A stretch of 64,000 nucleotides of DNA from Desulfobacteraceae bacterium (lineage in GTDB: Bacteria > Desulfobacterota > Desulfobacteria > Desulfobacterales > JAABRJ01), in assembly GCA_022340425.1 (NCBI GenBank), contig JAJDNY010000021.1, forward strand, positions 2,972 to 66,971. The letters run 5' to 3'. The translations under genes and the position numbers were made by a program. Of the stretch, positions 1-8,838 are shown piece after piece; the first letter of the stretch is position 1; each line of letters opens with the position of its first letter. The notes beneath the pieces were generated by a model. It made no database searches. It was given only the letters and a program-made list of their open reading frames with translations, and was not told the origin of the DNA.

Positions 1-25
1 CTTGCCCCACGGGCGGCAGCGGGCC

Positions 26-226
26 CTATGCGCGCCGCACGTTCACCGCCTGGGGGCCCTTGGGCGAAGCTTCGATCTCGAAGGTGACCGCTTCGGCCTC
101 GCGCAAGGTGCGAAATCCGCTTCCCTCGATGCTGGAATAATGAACGAAAACGTCTCCCTGGCTGTCGGTTTCGATGAAGCCGTACCCCTTTTTGTCGTTG
201 AACCACTTAACCCGGCCCTGCGCCAT
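26..226 (-). CDS. Cold-shock domain protein (CspA family)
   Basis: Translation [30 protein letters not shown] has the KGYGFI and VFVHYS RNP motifs. The ORF track extends to 331, but the internal Met at 226 gives the canonical 66 aa. Confidence 0.9.
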   Translation of the reverse strand: MAQGRVKWFNDKKGYGFIETDSQGDVFVHYSSIEGSGFRTLREAEAVTFEIEASPKGPQAVNVRRA

Positions 227-520
227 GCCAACCTCCTCATGCGTGTGACGTTTTAGCCCCCCTGCTGCGTTCGTCGGACGATTTTTCCGGATGTGGGTCC
301 GTAGCGGGCCCCTCACCACCCCGATGTCCAAAAAAGTCCCTGAATCTTTTCCCTTATGAAGGTCGTCGACCGCTAAAAACCCCCGCTGCCTTGGGGAAGG
401 CGGTCCCGCAGATGAAGTCCCCCAGCGGTAAGGGTCCTCGAGCGCGACGGACGGGTTGGCTCAATTCTCAGCTACTTTTCGGGGTGATGAAGGCAAAACG
501 GAAACGTCGCTAGTCGTCTT

Positions 521-549
521 CCATTAGACCAAATGAATTCCGCTGTCAA
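521..549 (-). promoter_or_regulatory. Putative sigma70-type promoter of csp (TTGACA-N17-TAATGG on minus strand)
   Basis: Reverse complement of 521-549 reads TTGACA, 17 nt, TAATGG. It would give a ~285-nt 5' UTR, as is typical for cold-shock genes. Confidence 0.4.
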
Positions 550-550
550 G

Positions 551-579
551 TAAAACGGCGGCAGGCCTTGACTGCCGCC
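551..579 (-). terminator. Putative rho-independent terminator after the flavoprotein gene
   Basis: GGCGGCAG (557-564) pairs with CTGCCGCC (572-579), an 8-bp GC stem with a 7-nt loop. On the minus strand it is followed by GTTTTA, just downstream of the stop at 643. Confidence 0.5.
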
Positions 580-642
580 AATGCATTGTTAGAACAAGTC
601 GTTAGCGTAAATCCGATGCGTTTCGGGATCACCTGCCGGTGC

Positions 643-1995
643 TCAGGGAGGCGATAGCTTTTTCAGCAATTGATTGGCTGCGGTCAGCAATGGATCCCAC
701 ACCGGGCCAAAGGGCGGCGCGTAGGCCAGGTCCGCCTGGGTGAACTGGCCGACGCTCAGGCCGGCGTGCAGCGCCACCGCCGGGGCGTTGATGCGGTGCG
801 CCGCGCTGCCCAAGGGCCCCACCATTTGCGTTCCCAGAAGGCGGCCGCTGGACTTGTCGCCCACCATCTGGACCCGGACGGTCGACGAACCTGGCTGACC
901 GTGGGCCTTGGTACGGCTGGCGATGGTCACGGCGGCGGGATCGAAGCCGGCATCCGTTGCTTCCCGCAGGCTCAGCCCGGTTCGGGCGACCTCCAGGTCG
1001 AAAATTTTGAAGACCGCCGTGCCGACCACCCCCTGGATTTCGCCGCCCGTGCCGCAGACGGCGTCGGCCACCGCCCAGCCGGCGCGATTGGCGATCAGGG
1101 CCAGGGGGCTCCAGGTGTTGCGCCCCGAAACGACGTGAAAGACCTCGGCGCAATCTCCAGCGGCGTAAATGCAGGGATCGACAGTGCGCAACCGGCGGTC
1201 CACCGCGATGGCATCGCCGGCTCCCAATGCGAGGCCGGCATCGGCGGCCAGTCGGCTGTTGGGTCGCACCCCGACGCCCACGATGACCATGTCGGCCTGC
1301 AGCCTCAGACCGTCGCAAACCACCACCAGACCGTCGCCGGCTGCCTCGATGCGCTTGACGGGGTGGCCCGCATGGCAGGCCACCCCGTGGATGGTCAGCT
1401 CCCTGGCCACCATCGCGGCCAGCTCCCGATCCAGCCAGGGCAGCAGGTCCGGCCGGGGCTTGACCATCGCCGTTGCGATGCCGCGATGGTGAAGCGTTTC
1501 CACCATCTCCAGGGCGATATAGCCCATGCCGATGATAACGGCCTGGCGCACCGGCTTTTGGGCCAAAAAGGCCTTGATGCGGCGGCCGTCCTCGAGGCTT
1601 TTGAGGGCGAAGACCCCCGGGAGGTCGCAACCGGGCAGGTCGGGGATGACGGCCTCGGCCCCGGTTGCGATCAGGAGCCGGTCGTAGGCGACCGTAAACG
1701 GTGCGCCCTCCAGGGTGGTGCCGGAAACCCGACGCGCGGCCGGCTCGATGCGGGTGACGCAGTGGCCGGTGCGCAGGTCGATGCCCTGTTTTTCACGAAA
1801 GACTTCCGCAGGGCGCACCACGAGGGTTTCGATGGGGCGCTCGGGGTCGGCGATGTTGTAGGGCATCCCGCAGGCGCTGTAGGAAACGTCGCGGGTTTTT
1901 TCGAGAACGGTGACCGCCATTTCCGGGCAGCGGCGCTTGGCACGGCTGGCCGCGCTCATGCCGGCGGCATCGCCGCCAATGATGACAAACTGCAT
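643..1995 (-). CDS. FAD-dependent pyridine nucleotide-disulfide oxidoreductase (NADH oxidase / CoA-disulfide reductase family)
   Basis: N-terminal dinucleotide fold IIGGDAAGMSAA, single redox Cys motif SYSACGMPY, second Rossmann motif VIIGMGYIALE, and AAGDCA. Confidence 0.85.
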   Translation of the reverse strand: MQFVIIGGDAAGMSAASRAKRRCPEMAVTVLEKTRDVSYSACGMPYNIADPERPIETLVVRPAEVFREKQGIDLRTGHCVTRIEPAARRVSGTTLEGAPFTVAYDRLLIATGAEAVIPDLPGCDLPGVFALKSLEDGRRIKAFLAQKPVRQAVIIGMGYIALEMVETLHHRGIATAMVKPRPDLLPWLDRELAAMVARELTIHGVACHAGHPVKRIEAAGDGLVVVCDGLRLQADMVIVGVGVRPNSRLAADAGLALGAGDAIAVDRRLRTVDPCIYAAGDCAEVFHVVSGRNTWSPLALIANRAGWAVADAVCGTGGEIQGVVGTAVFKIFDLEVARTGLSLREATDAGFDPAAVTIASRTKAHGQPGSSTVRVQMVGDKSSGRLLGTQMVGPLGSAAHRINAPAVALHAGLSVGQFTQADLAYAPPFGPVWDPLLTAANQLLKKLSPP

Positions 1996-2306
1996 AACCG
2001 GCTCCTTTCCGGGTGAAAACCGCGGCGGCGGCGGCGCGCTGCGGCGGGAGTGCCCATGGACAGGGGCTAAAAATTCGTTTACCTTGAGTGTCCGCTGCCT
2101 GCCCCGCGCCGCAGCCCAAGTCTTTCAGGGTAAAACGACCGTGCGGGGGGAGGCGGCTGGCAGCTGGCCAGCTGGCCGCGCTTGACACGAACCGTTAAAC
2201 AGGATGCGATCGCACCCCACACAAAACGCATTATCGGGCGGTTGTCAAAACAAATCTGGCGCTTGCCGTCCCTGCCGGCGGCAGCGCCGGGACCGCCCAG
2301 GTCACG

Positions 2307-5300
2307 ATGGAAAAAACGATACCGCACCGTCCAGGCGCCCTCCGGAAGCGCCTTGAAAAGCTCCAGCGGATGCTGCCGCAGACCCTCTGCCGGGACCGCT
2401 GGCCTTTTTACCGGGCCGCGGCCCGCCTGAAGGCCCAAATGGCGCGCAATCCGGCCGACCCGCTGCTGGCGCGGCAGTTGGCCGATCTGGAGGCCCGGCT
2501 GGCGGCCTCGCTGGCGGTCTGTGAGCAGCGCGCGCGCCACCGGCCCGAACCGCGCCACAACCCCGATCTGCCGATTTTCGCCCACCGCGACCAGATTGTG
2601 GCCGCCATCCGCAGGCACCCGGTGACGATCATCGCCGGACAGACCGGATCGGGCAAGACCACTCAGATCCCCAAGTTCTGCCTGGCCGCCGGCCGCGGCC
2701 TGCAGGGGCAGATCGGCTGCACCCAGCCCCGCCGGATCGCCGCCACCAGCCTGGCCCGGCGCCTGGCCGAGGAACTCGGCACGGCTCCCGGCACGGTGGT
2801 GGGGCATAAGGTCCGCTTCCAGGACACAACCCGGCCCGAAGCCTATATCAAGATCATGACCGACGGCATCCTGCTGGCCGAGGCCCAGGGCGACCGCCGG
2901 CTGGCGGCCTACGACACCCTGATCGTGGATGAGGCCCACGAGCGCAGCCTGAACATCGATTTCGTCCTGGGCTTGCTGAAAACCCTTTTGGTGCAGCGGC
3001 CGGAGTTCAGGCTGATCGTCACCTCGGCCACCATCGACACCGCCAAATTTTCGGCATTCTTCGACCAGGCCCCGGTCATCGAGGTCTCCGGGCGGATGTT
3101 CCCCGTGACGGTCCACTACCGGCCGCCGGACCCGGATGGGGCCGAGAACGGGGAGGCCACCCACATCGAGCAAGCGCTTGGAGTGATCGACGGGCTCCAG
3201 GCCGGCGGGGCTGCCGGAGACATCCTGGTCTTCATGCCCACCGAGCAGGATATCCGCGAGACCTGTGAGCTCCTGGCCGCCCGGCGTTACCGGGACACCC
3301 TTGTCCTGCCGCTCTTCGCCCGGCTGCCAGCCGACCAACAGGCCCGGGTCTTCGCAAGCGCCCCCGGCCGCAAGATCATCGTGGCCACCAACGTGGCCGA
3401 AACCTCCCTGACGATTCCGGGGATTCGCTATGTGGTCGATTCGGGGCTCGCCCGCATCTCCCACTACTCGCCCCGTTCACGGACCACCTCGCTGCCGGTG
3501 CGGCCGGTTTCGCGCAGCAGCTGTGATCAGCGCATGGGGCGCTGCGGCCGGGTGGCGGACGGCGTTTGCTTCCGTCTCTATGCCGAGGAGGACTACCTGG
3601 CCAGGCCGCTGTTCACGGCGCCTGAAATCCTGCGGGCCAACCTGGCCGAAGTCGTCCTGCGCATGATGGCTCTCAAGTTGGGGGACGTCGCGGAATTCCC
3701 GTTCATTGATCCCCCGGTCGACGCCAGCATCCGCGACGGTTTCAACCTGCTGCTGGAACTGGGGGCCATCCGGGAGCGCGGCGGCGGTCGCCCGCGCCCC
3801 GGGCGGCCGCGCCACGATCTGACCGCCAACGGGCGGATGATGGCCAAAATCCCCATCGACCCCCGCTTGGCGCGCATGCTGCTTACGGCCCGGGCCGAGG
3901 GCTGCCTGGAGGAGATCACCATCATCGCCGCCGCCCTGAGCATTCAGGACCCGCGCGAGCGTCCCCCCGAAAGGGCCGCCGAGGCCGACCGGGCCCACGC
4001 CGCCTTCAAGGACCCGGCGTCGGATTTCATCACCCTGCTCAACCTCTGGCGGCTTTTCAACGGGAGGGCGGGGGAGCGGATGGGCAGCGCGCAGCTGAAG
4101 AAATTCTGCCGCGAGCGTTTTCTCTCCTTTCGGCGCCTGCGGGAATGGCGCGATCTCCACGGCCAGTTGACGGCGATTCTCGAAGAACACGTCCTGCCGG
4201 GCCCGCAAGCGCCTCCGGCGGCCGGCATCGGCAGCGCCGCGGCTGAGCCCCAGGGCGATTTCAGCGCCCGCTACGGTGCCATCCACCGCGCCATTCTAAG
4301 CGGCTTTCTCTCCAACATCGCCCTCCAGAAGGATGGCAACTTTTACACCGCCGCCCGCAACCGCGCGGCCATGATTTTCCCCGGCTCGGGCCTTTTCAAC
4401 GCCGCCGGCAAGTGGATCGTGGCTGCCGAACTGGTGGAGACCTCCCGCCTTTTTGCCCGCACCGTGGCCAAGATCGACCCCGCCTGGCTGGAGCCGCTGG
4501 CACGCGAGCAGTGCCGCTACACCTATCTCGAGCCCCACTGGGAGCGGGCCCGGGGCGAGGTGGTGGCCCGCGAAGAGGTGACCCTCTACGGCCTGCCGAT
4601 CGTTTCCGGGCGGCCGGTGTCCTACGGCCGGATCAACCCCGCGGCGGCGGCCGAAATTTTCCTGCAGCGCGCCCTGGTGGAAGGGGATGTGCGCACGCTG
4701 CTGCCCTTCATGGTCCACAACCAGGCCCTGATGGCATCCGTGCGGGACCTGGAAGACCGGGTGCGTCGGCGGGACCTGCTGATCGGGGATGCCGAGGTGT
4801 TTCAGTTTTACCGCGACCGTCTGCCGGGTGTCAGCGACTGGGCGAGTCTCAAACGGCGGATCCGTGAGGCCGGCGGCGACGCTTTTCTGCACATGACCCG
4901 CGAGAGCCTGCTGCGCTACCTGCCCGACGCCGGCGAGTTGGCCCAGTATCCGGACCGGGTGGCCCTGGGGAAAGGGGATTATGCCTGCGACTACAGCTTC
5001 GCACCGGGAGCCCCGACCGATGGCGTCACAGTGCGCATCCGGGCCGCCCAGGCGCCCCAGGTGGCCCCCGAAGCCCTGGATTGGCTGGTGCCCGGGCTGC
5101 TGAAGGACAAGATCGCGGCCCTGATCCGGGGGCTGCCCAAGGCCTATCGTCGCCAGCTGCTGCCCCTGGCCCGCACGGTGGACATCATCGCAAATGAAAT
5201 GCCCCGCGGCCGGGGCGCACTGCTCACCGCGCTGGGGCGGTTTGTGCGCCAGCGTTTCGGGGTGGACATTCCGGCCGCGGAGTGGCCCCGGGAGAGCCTG

Positions 5301-6329
5301 CCGGAGCATCTCAAAATGCGCATCGCCCTGACCGATGCCGGCGGAAAGGAGATCCTGGCGGGCCGCGACCCGGCGCTGCTCACCCGGGAGGTGGCCGCTG
5401 CCCCGCAGCCGGAGGCGTTGGCCGCCGCCCGGCGCAGCCGCGAGAAGCACGGCCTGAGCAGCTGGGATTTCGGCGACCTGCCCGGGGTGGTGCCGATTAG
5501 GGGCTCCGCCGGCGGCTGCTGGGAGGCCTTTCCGGCGCTCAGCGCCGAGCCCGACGGCATTCACCTGCGGCTTTTTGAAAGCCGCTTGCAGGCCGATGCG
5601 GCCCACCCCGACGGCGTGGCGGCCCTGTTGCGCGAGGTGCTCAAAAAGGAGTTCAAGCTGCTGCAGAAATCGGTGGCCCTGCCGCCTGGGCTGAGCGATG
5701 CGGCACGCTATTTCGGGGGCCAGCAGGCCGTGGCGGCGGCAATCGGCCAGGCGGTCTGGGATACTCTGTTTCGCCGCGATCTTCGCAGTCGGGAGGCCTT
5801 CGAGGCCCAGCTGGCCGCCGCCGGCCCCCGGCTTCAGGCCGCGGCCCGGGTCAAGCTGGCGCTGGTGGCGCCCGTGCTGGCGGCCTATCAGCGGGTGCGC
5901 GAAACCCTCTGCGGGCTAGAGTCGTCCCATGCTGGCAACGCCGTGGTGCGCGCCTACCTCCAGGGGCTGCGGGCGGCAGCCGCCGCGCTGGTCCCCGAAA
6001 ACTTCCTGACGCGCTATCCCGATGCGCGCCTGGCGCACTTGCCGCGCTATCTCGAGGCCCTGGAGATCCGGGCCCGGCGCGGGGTTGACAACCTGGAGCG
6101 CGATTTGCTGCGGGCCCGTGAACTCCAGGTCTTCAGTGAGCGGCTGGACCGGTTTCGGGGCATGCTGGGACCGCAGGATTCCAGCGCCAAGCGGGCCGCG
6201 GTGGAGGAGTTCGGCTGGATGATCGAGGAATTCAAGGTCTCGCTTTTCGCCCAGGAGCTCAAGACCGCCGTGCCGGTGTCCCCCAAGCGGCTGGACCGTT
6301 TGGCGCGGGAGATCGACCGGATGGCATAA
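2307..6329 (+). CDS. hrpA: ATP-dependent RNA helicase HrpA (DEAH box)
   Basis: 1340 aa with Walker A GQTGSGKTTQ, DEAHERS, SATID and TNVAETSLTIPG motifs, plus the long HrpA-type C-terminal extension. Confidence 0.93.
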   Translation: MEKTIPHRPGALRKRLEKLQRMLPQTLCRDRWPFYRAAARLKAQMARNPADPLLARQLADLEARLAASLAVCEQRARHRPEPRHNPDLPIFAHRDQIVAAIRRHPVTIIAGQTGSGKTTQIPKFCLAAGRGLQGQIGCTQPRRIAATSLARRLAEELGTAPGTVVGHKVRFQDTTRPEAYIKIMTDGILLAEAQGDRRLAAYDTLIVDEAHERSLNIDFVLGLLKTLLVQRPEFRLIVTSATIDTAKFSAFFDQAPVIEVSGRMFPVTVHYRPPDPDGAENGEATHIEQALGVIDGLQAGGAAGDILVFMPTEQDIRETCELLAARRYRDTLVLPLFARLPADQQARVFASAPGRKIIVATNVAETSLTIPGIRYVVDSGLARISHYSPRSRTTSLPVRPVSRSSCDQRMGRCGRVADGVCFRLYAEEDYLARPLFTAPEILRANLAEVVLRMMALKLGDVAEFPFIDPPVDASIRDGFNLLLELGAIRERGGGRPRPGRPRHDLTANGRMMAKIPIDPRLARMLLTARAEGCLEEITIIAAALSIQDPRERPPERAAEADRAHAAFKDPASDFITLLNLWRLFNGRAGERMGSAQLKKFCRERFLSFRRLREWRDLHGQLTAILEEHVLPGPQAPPAAGIGSAAAEPQGDFSARYGAIHRAILSGFLSNIALQKDGNFYTAARNRAAMIFPGSGLFNAAGKWIVAAELVETSRLFARTVAKIDPAWLEPLAREQCRYTYLEPHWERARGEVVAREEVTLYGLPIVSGRPVSYGRINPAAAAEIFLQRALVEGDVRTLLPFMVHNQALMASVRDLEDRVRRRDLLIGDAEVFQFYRDRLPGVSDWASLKRRIREAGGDAFLHMTRESLLRYLPDAGELAQYPDRVALGKGDYACDYSFAPGAPTDGVTVRIRAAQAPQVAPEALDWLVPGLLKDKIAALIRGLPKAYRRQLLPLARTVDIIANEMPRGRGALLTALGRFVRQRFGVDIPAAEWPRESLPEHLKMRIALTDAGGKEILAGRDPALLTREVAAAPQPEALAAARRSREKHGLSSWDFGDLPGVVPIRGSAGGCWEAFPALSAEPDGIHLRLFESRLQADAAHPDGVAALLREVLKKEFKLLQKSVALPPGLSDAARYFGGQQAVAAAIGQAVWDTLFRRDLRSREAFEAQLAAAGPRLQAAARVKLALVAPVLAAYQRVRETLCGLESSHAGNAVVRAYLQGLRAAAAALVPENFLTRYPDARLAHLPRYLEALEIRARRGVDNLERDLLRARELQVFSERLDRFRGMLGPQDSSAKRAAVEEFGWMIEEFKVSLFAQELKTAVPVSPKRLDRLAREIDRMA

Positions 6330-6349
6330 GCGCCGCCCGCGGGGGGCTT

Positions 6350-7195
6350 TCAGGCCTCCGGCCTGAAGCGTGCGACCAGCGCCAGGCAGTGCTCGGCCTC
6401 GGCCTGCCGCCCGCGCTTGCGGCAGCCGGCGGCGTAGATGGCGCACTTGGCCGCCAGGGTTTCCCAGGCCGCCCGTCGTTGGTCCGCCGTGAGCACATTC
6501 CGGGCCAGCAGGCCGCAGATGGCGCGGATGCGGAAACGATCGAGCCCCGGGGCGCGCGAGAGCTGGTCCGGGTGGCCGCCGCGCTTGACGATCAGCGGGC
6601 GCTCGATCAGGTGCACGGGGTGGCGGCAGCCGATCCGCAGCCAGAGGTCGTAATCCTCGCAGGCGGGCAGGCGCTCGTCGAAAAAGCCGGCGGTTTCAAA
6701 CAACGAGCGGCGCAGCATCACCGCCGAGGGGCTGACCAGGCACAGTTCAAGGGAAGGCTCGAAAATCATGCCGCCGCGCTTGCGGTGGCGCTTGCCGGGG
6801 TTGACCCGGACCCCATTGCGGACCCAGATCTCTTCGGTCTGGCAGATCACGGCCTCGGGGTGGCGCTCGAAAAACGCGGTCTGGGCCGCCAGCTTGCCCG
6901 GCAGAAAGTAATCGTCGGAATCCAGCAGGGCCACCAGGGGGGCCCTTGCTGCGCGGATGCCGGCGTTGCGGGCGGCGCTGACGCCGCGGTTGGGCTGGCC
7001 GATCACCCGCAGCGCCGCGCCGTACCTCGCCAGCAGCGCCGGGGTCTCATCGGTGGAGCCGTCGTCCACGACGATCGTCTCAAAGGCTTCGAAATCCTGG
7101 GACAGGACCGAGTCCAGGGCCGTCGCCAGCGACCAGGCGCGGTTGTATGTGGGGATGACGATGCTGACCCGCGGGGCCGGGGGGTGAACGTTCAC
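6350..7195 (-). CDS. Family 2 glycosyltransferase
   Basis: VSIVIPTYNRAWSL...VVDDGSTDET...LDSDD motifs. The longest ORF reaches 7396. I prefer a GTG at 7195 (V68), preceded by GAGGAA, because the upstream part overlaps a plus-strand promoter-like site. The start is uncertain. Confidence 0.8.
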   Translation of the reverse strand: MNVHPPAPRVSIVIPTYNRAWSLATALDSVLSQDFEAFETIVVDDGSTDETPALLARYGAALRVIGQPNRGVSAARNAGIRAARAPLVALLDSDDYFLPGKLAAQTAFFERHPEAVICQTEEIWVRNGVRVNPGKRHRKRGGMIFEPSLELCLVSPSAVMLRRSLFETAGFFDERLPACEDYDLWLRIGCRHPVHLIERPLIVKRGGHPDQLSRAPGLDRFRIRAICGLLARNVLTADQRRAAWETLAAKCAIYAAGCRKRGRQAEAEHCLALVARFRPEA

Positions 7196-7372
7196 CGGTA
7201 TTTCCTCTACTGCGCGATGCTCCTCAAGGACCTCACCCGGCTCTATAGCAGAAGCCGGTCGAACCGCCAAATGGGCCCTGGGCCGCTGACGACCGCATCC
7301 TGAAATTTTCTTCGGGGCCGGGGCGGTTTGCCCCCCCGACCCGGCGGGAATTTGCGGCGAAAAAATTAAGGC

Positions 7373-7401
7373 TTGACAAGTTCTGAATTTTCTCATAAAT
7401 T
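7373..7401 (+). promoter_or_regulatory. Putative sigma70-type promoter (TTGACA-N17-TAAATT) upstream of the TAXI-TRAP genes
   Basis: Read directly from the sequence: TTGACA at 7373-7378 and TAAATT at 7396-7401, in an AT-richer divergent intergenic region. Confidence 0.4.
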
Positions 7402-7623
7402 CAGTTAGATATACAAAGACCTTGTGCGGTCAGTCAAAAAACTGAAGGAGCTTCAATAACTTACGGGGAGAAACCTGCGGCGGAATTCCTGACCGCAGTC
7501 ACGGCTGAGGAAAAGGACCTCCCGGGCGTTATCCCCCCGCTGGATGCAGAAAGGAGGAGGGAGCGTATTTTTGAATTTGGACGTCTTGCAGGATTCAGAA
7601 CCCAAACCCATAAGGAGGAAGGC

Positions 7624-8613
7624 ATGAAAAAAACGGCTGTCATTTTTTTGGCGCTGGCATTCGGCTGCGGATTGTTGCTCGGTACCACGCCTGATTCGGT
7701 TCAGGCCCAGACGACCTTCGTGACCATCGGCACCGGGGGCATCACCGGGGTGTACTACCCCACGGGCGGCGCGATCGCCAAGATGGTCAACGAAAAACGC
7801 GGCGAATACGGAATTCGCGCCACGGTCGAGGCCACCGGCGGGTCTGTTTTCAACATCAACGCGGTGCTCTCCGGCGACCTGGAGTTCGGTGTGGCCCAGT
7901 CGGACCGCCAATACCAGGCCGTCAATGGGCTTGCCGAATGGGCGGAAAAGGGTCCCCAGAAGGACCTGCGGGCGGTTTTCAGCCTCCATCCGGAAACCGT
8001 CACCCTCCTGGCGGCGGTGGATGCCGGGATTAAATCCGTCGCCGACCTCAAGGGCAAGCGGGTCAATCTCGGTAACCCCGGTTCCGGTCAGCTCCAAAAC
8101 TCCATCGACGCCCTGACGGCGGTCGGCATCGACCCTGATAAAGACATCAAGGCCGAGGGCATCAAAGCCGCCGAGGCCCCGGGTCTGCTGCAGGACGGCC
8201 GGATCGACGCGTTCTTCTACACCGTCGGCCATCCCAACGGCGCCTTCAAGGAAGCCACGGCAGGCGCCCGCAAGGTGTTCTTCGTGCCCCTTGAAGGTCC
8301 CGGCATCGACGAACTGATCAAGGCCAAACCCTACTACGCCAAGTCCGTCGTACCGGTCATGGCGAATTACCAGGGTGCCGCCAACACCGAAGACATCAAC
8401 TCCTTCGGCGTTCTGGCCACGTTTGTCACCTCCGCCAAGGTGCCCGACGAGGTGGTCTATGCCATCACCAAGGAGGTCTTCGACAACCTCGATACCTTCA
8501 AAAACCTTCACCCGGCCTTTGCGATCCTCACCAAGGAAAGCATGCTGGAAGGCATGTCGGCCCCGATTCATCCGGGCGCGATGAAATACTACAAGGAAGT
8601 CGGCTTGAAATAA
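7624..8613 (+). CDS. TRAP transporter solute receptor, TAXI family
   Basis: Signal peptide MKKTAVIFLALAFGCGLL, then TIGTGGITGVYYPTGGAIA, typical of TAXI receptors. GGAGGA RBS upstream of the ATG. Confidence 0.88.
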   Translation: MKKTAVIFLALAFGCGLLLGTTPDSVQAQTTFVTIGTGGITGVYYPTGGAIAKMVNEKRGEYGIRATVEATGGSVFNINAVLSGDLEFGVAQSDRQYQAVNGLAEWAEKGPQKDLRAVFSLHPETVTLLAAVDAGIKSVADLKGKRVNLGNPGSGQLQNSIDALTAVGIDPDKDIKAEGIKAAEAPGLLQDGRIDAFFYTVGHPNGAFKEATAGARKVFFVPLEGPGIDELIKAKPYYAKSVVPVMANYQGAANTEDINSFGVLATFVTSAKVPDEVVYAITKEVFDNLDTFKNLHPAFAILTKESMLEGMSAPIHPGAMKYYKEVGLK

Positions 8614-8680
8614 GGCCCTGGCGTGCGCATCGGAGCGGGGCTGGGGGCCCGGGGGTGACTCCGGTCGGTCCCTGATCTGC

Positions 8681-8711
8681 CCGCACCCCGCGGCGGCTCC
8701 GCGGGGTGCGG
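8681..8711 (+). other. Perfect 13-bp GC-rich intercistronic stem-loop between receptor and permease genes
   Basis: CCGCACCCCGCGG (8681-8693), loop CGGCT, then CCGCGGGGTGCGG (8699-8711). No U-tract follows. Confidence 0.6.
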
Positions 8712-8838
8712 ACACGCCGCTCTGATTTGCCCGCGACGGATCCCAGGCGGGTCGTTTCAAGACGGCACCTGCTGTCACCAGACCCGGAGGCCGGCGCGGG
8801 CCCAACCGCCATTTCAAAATAGAAGAGAGGTGGCCGCG

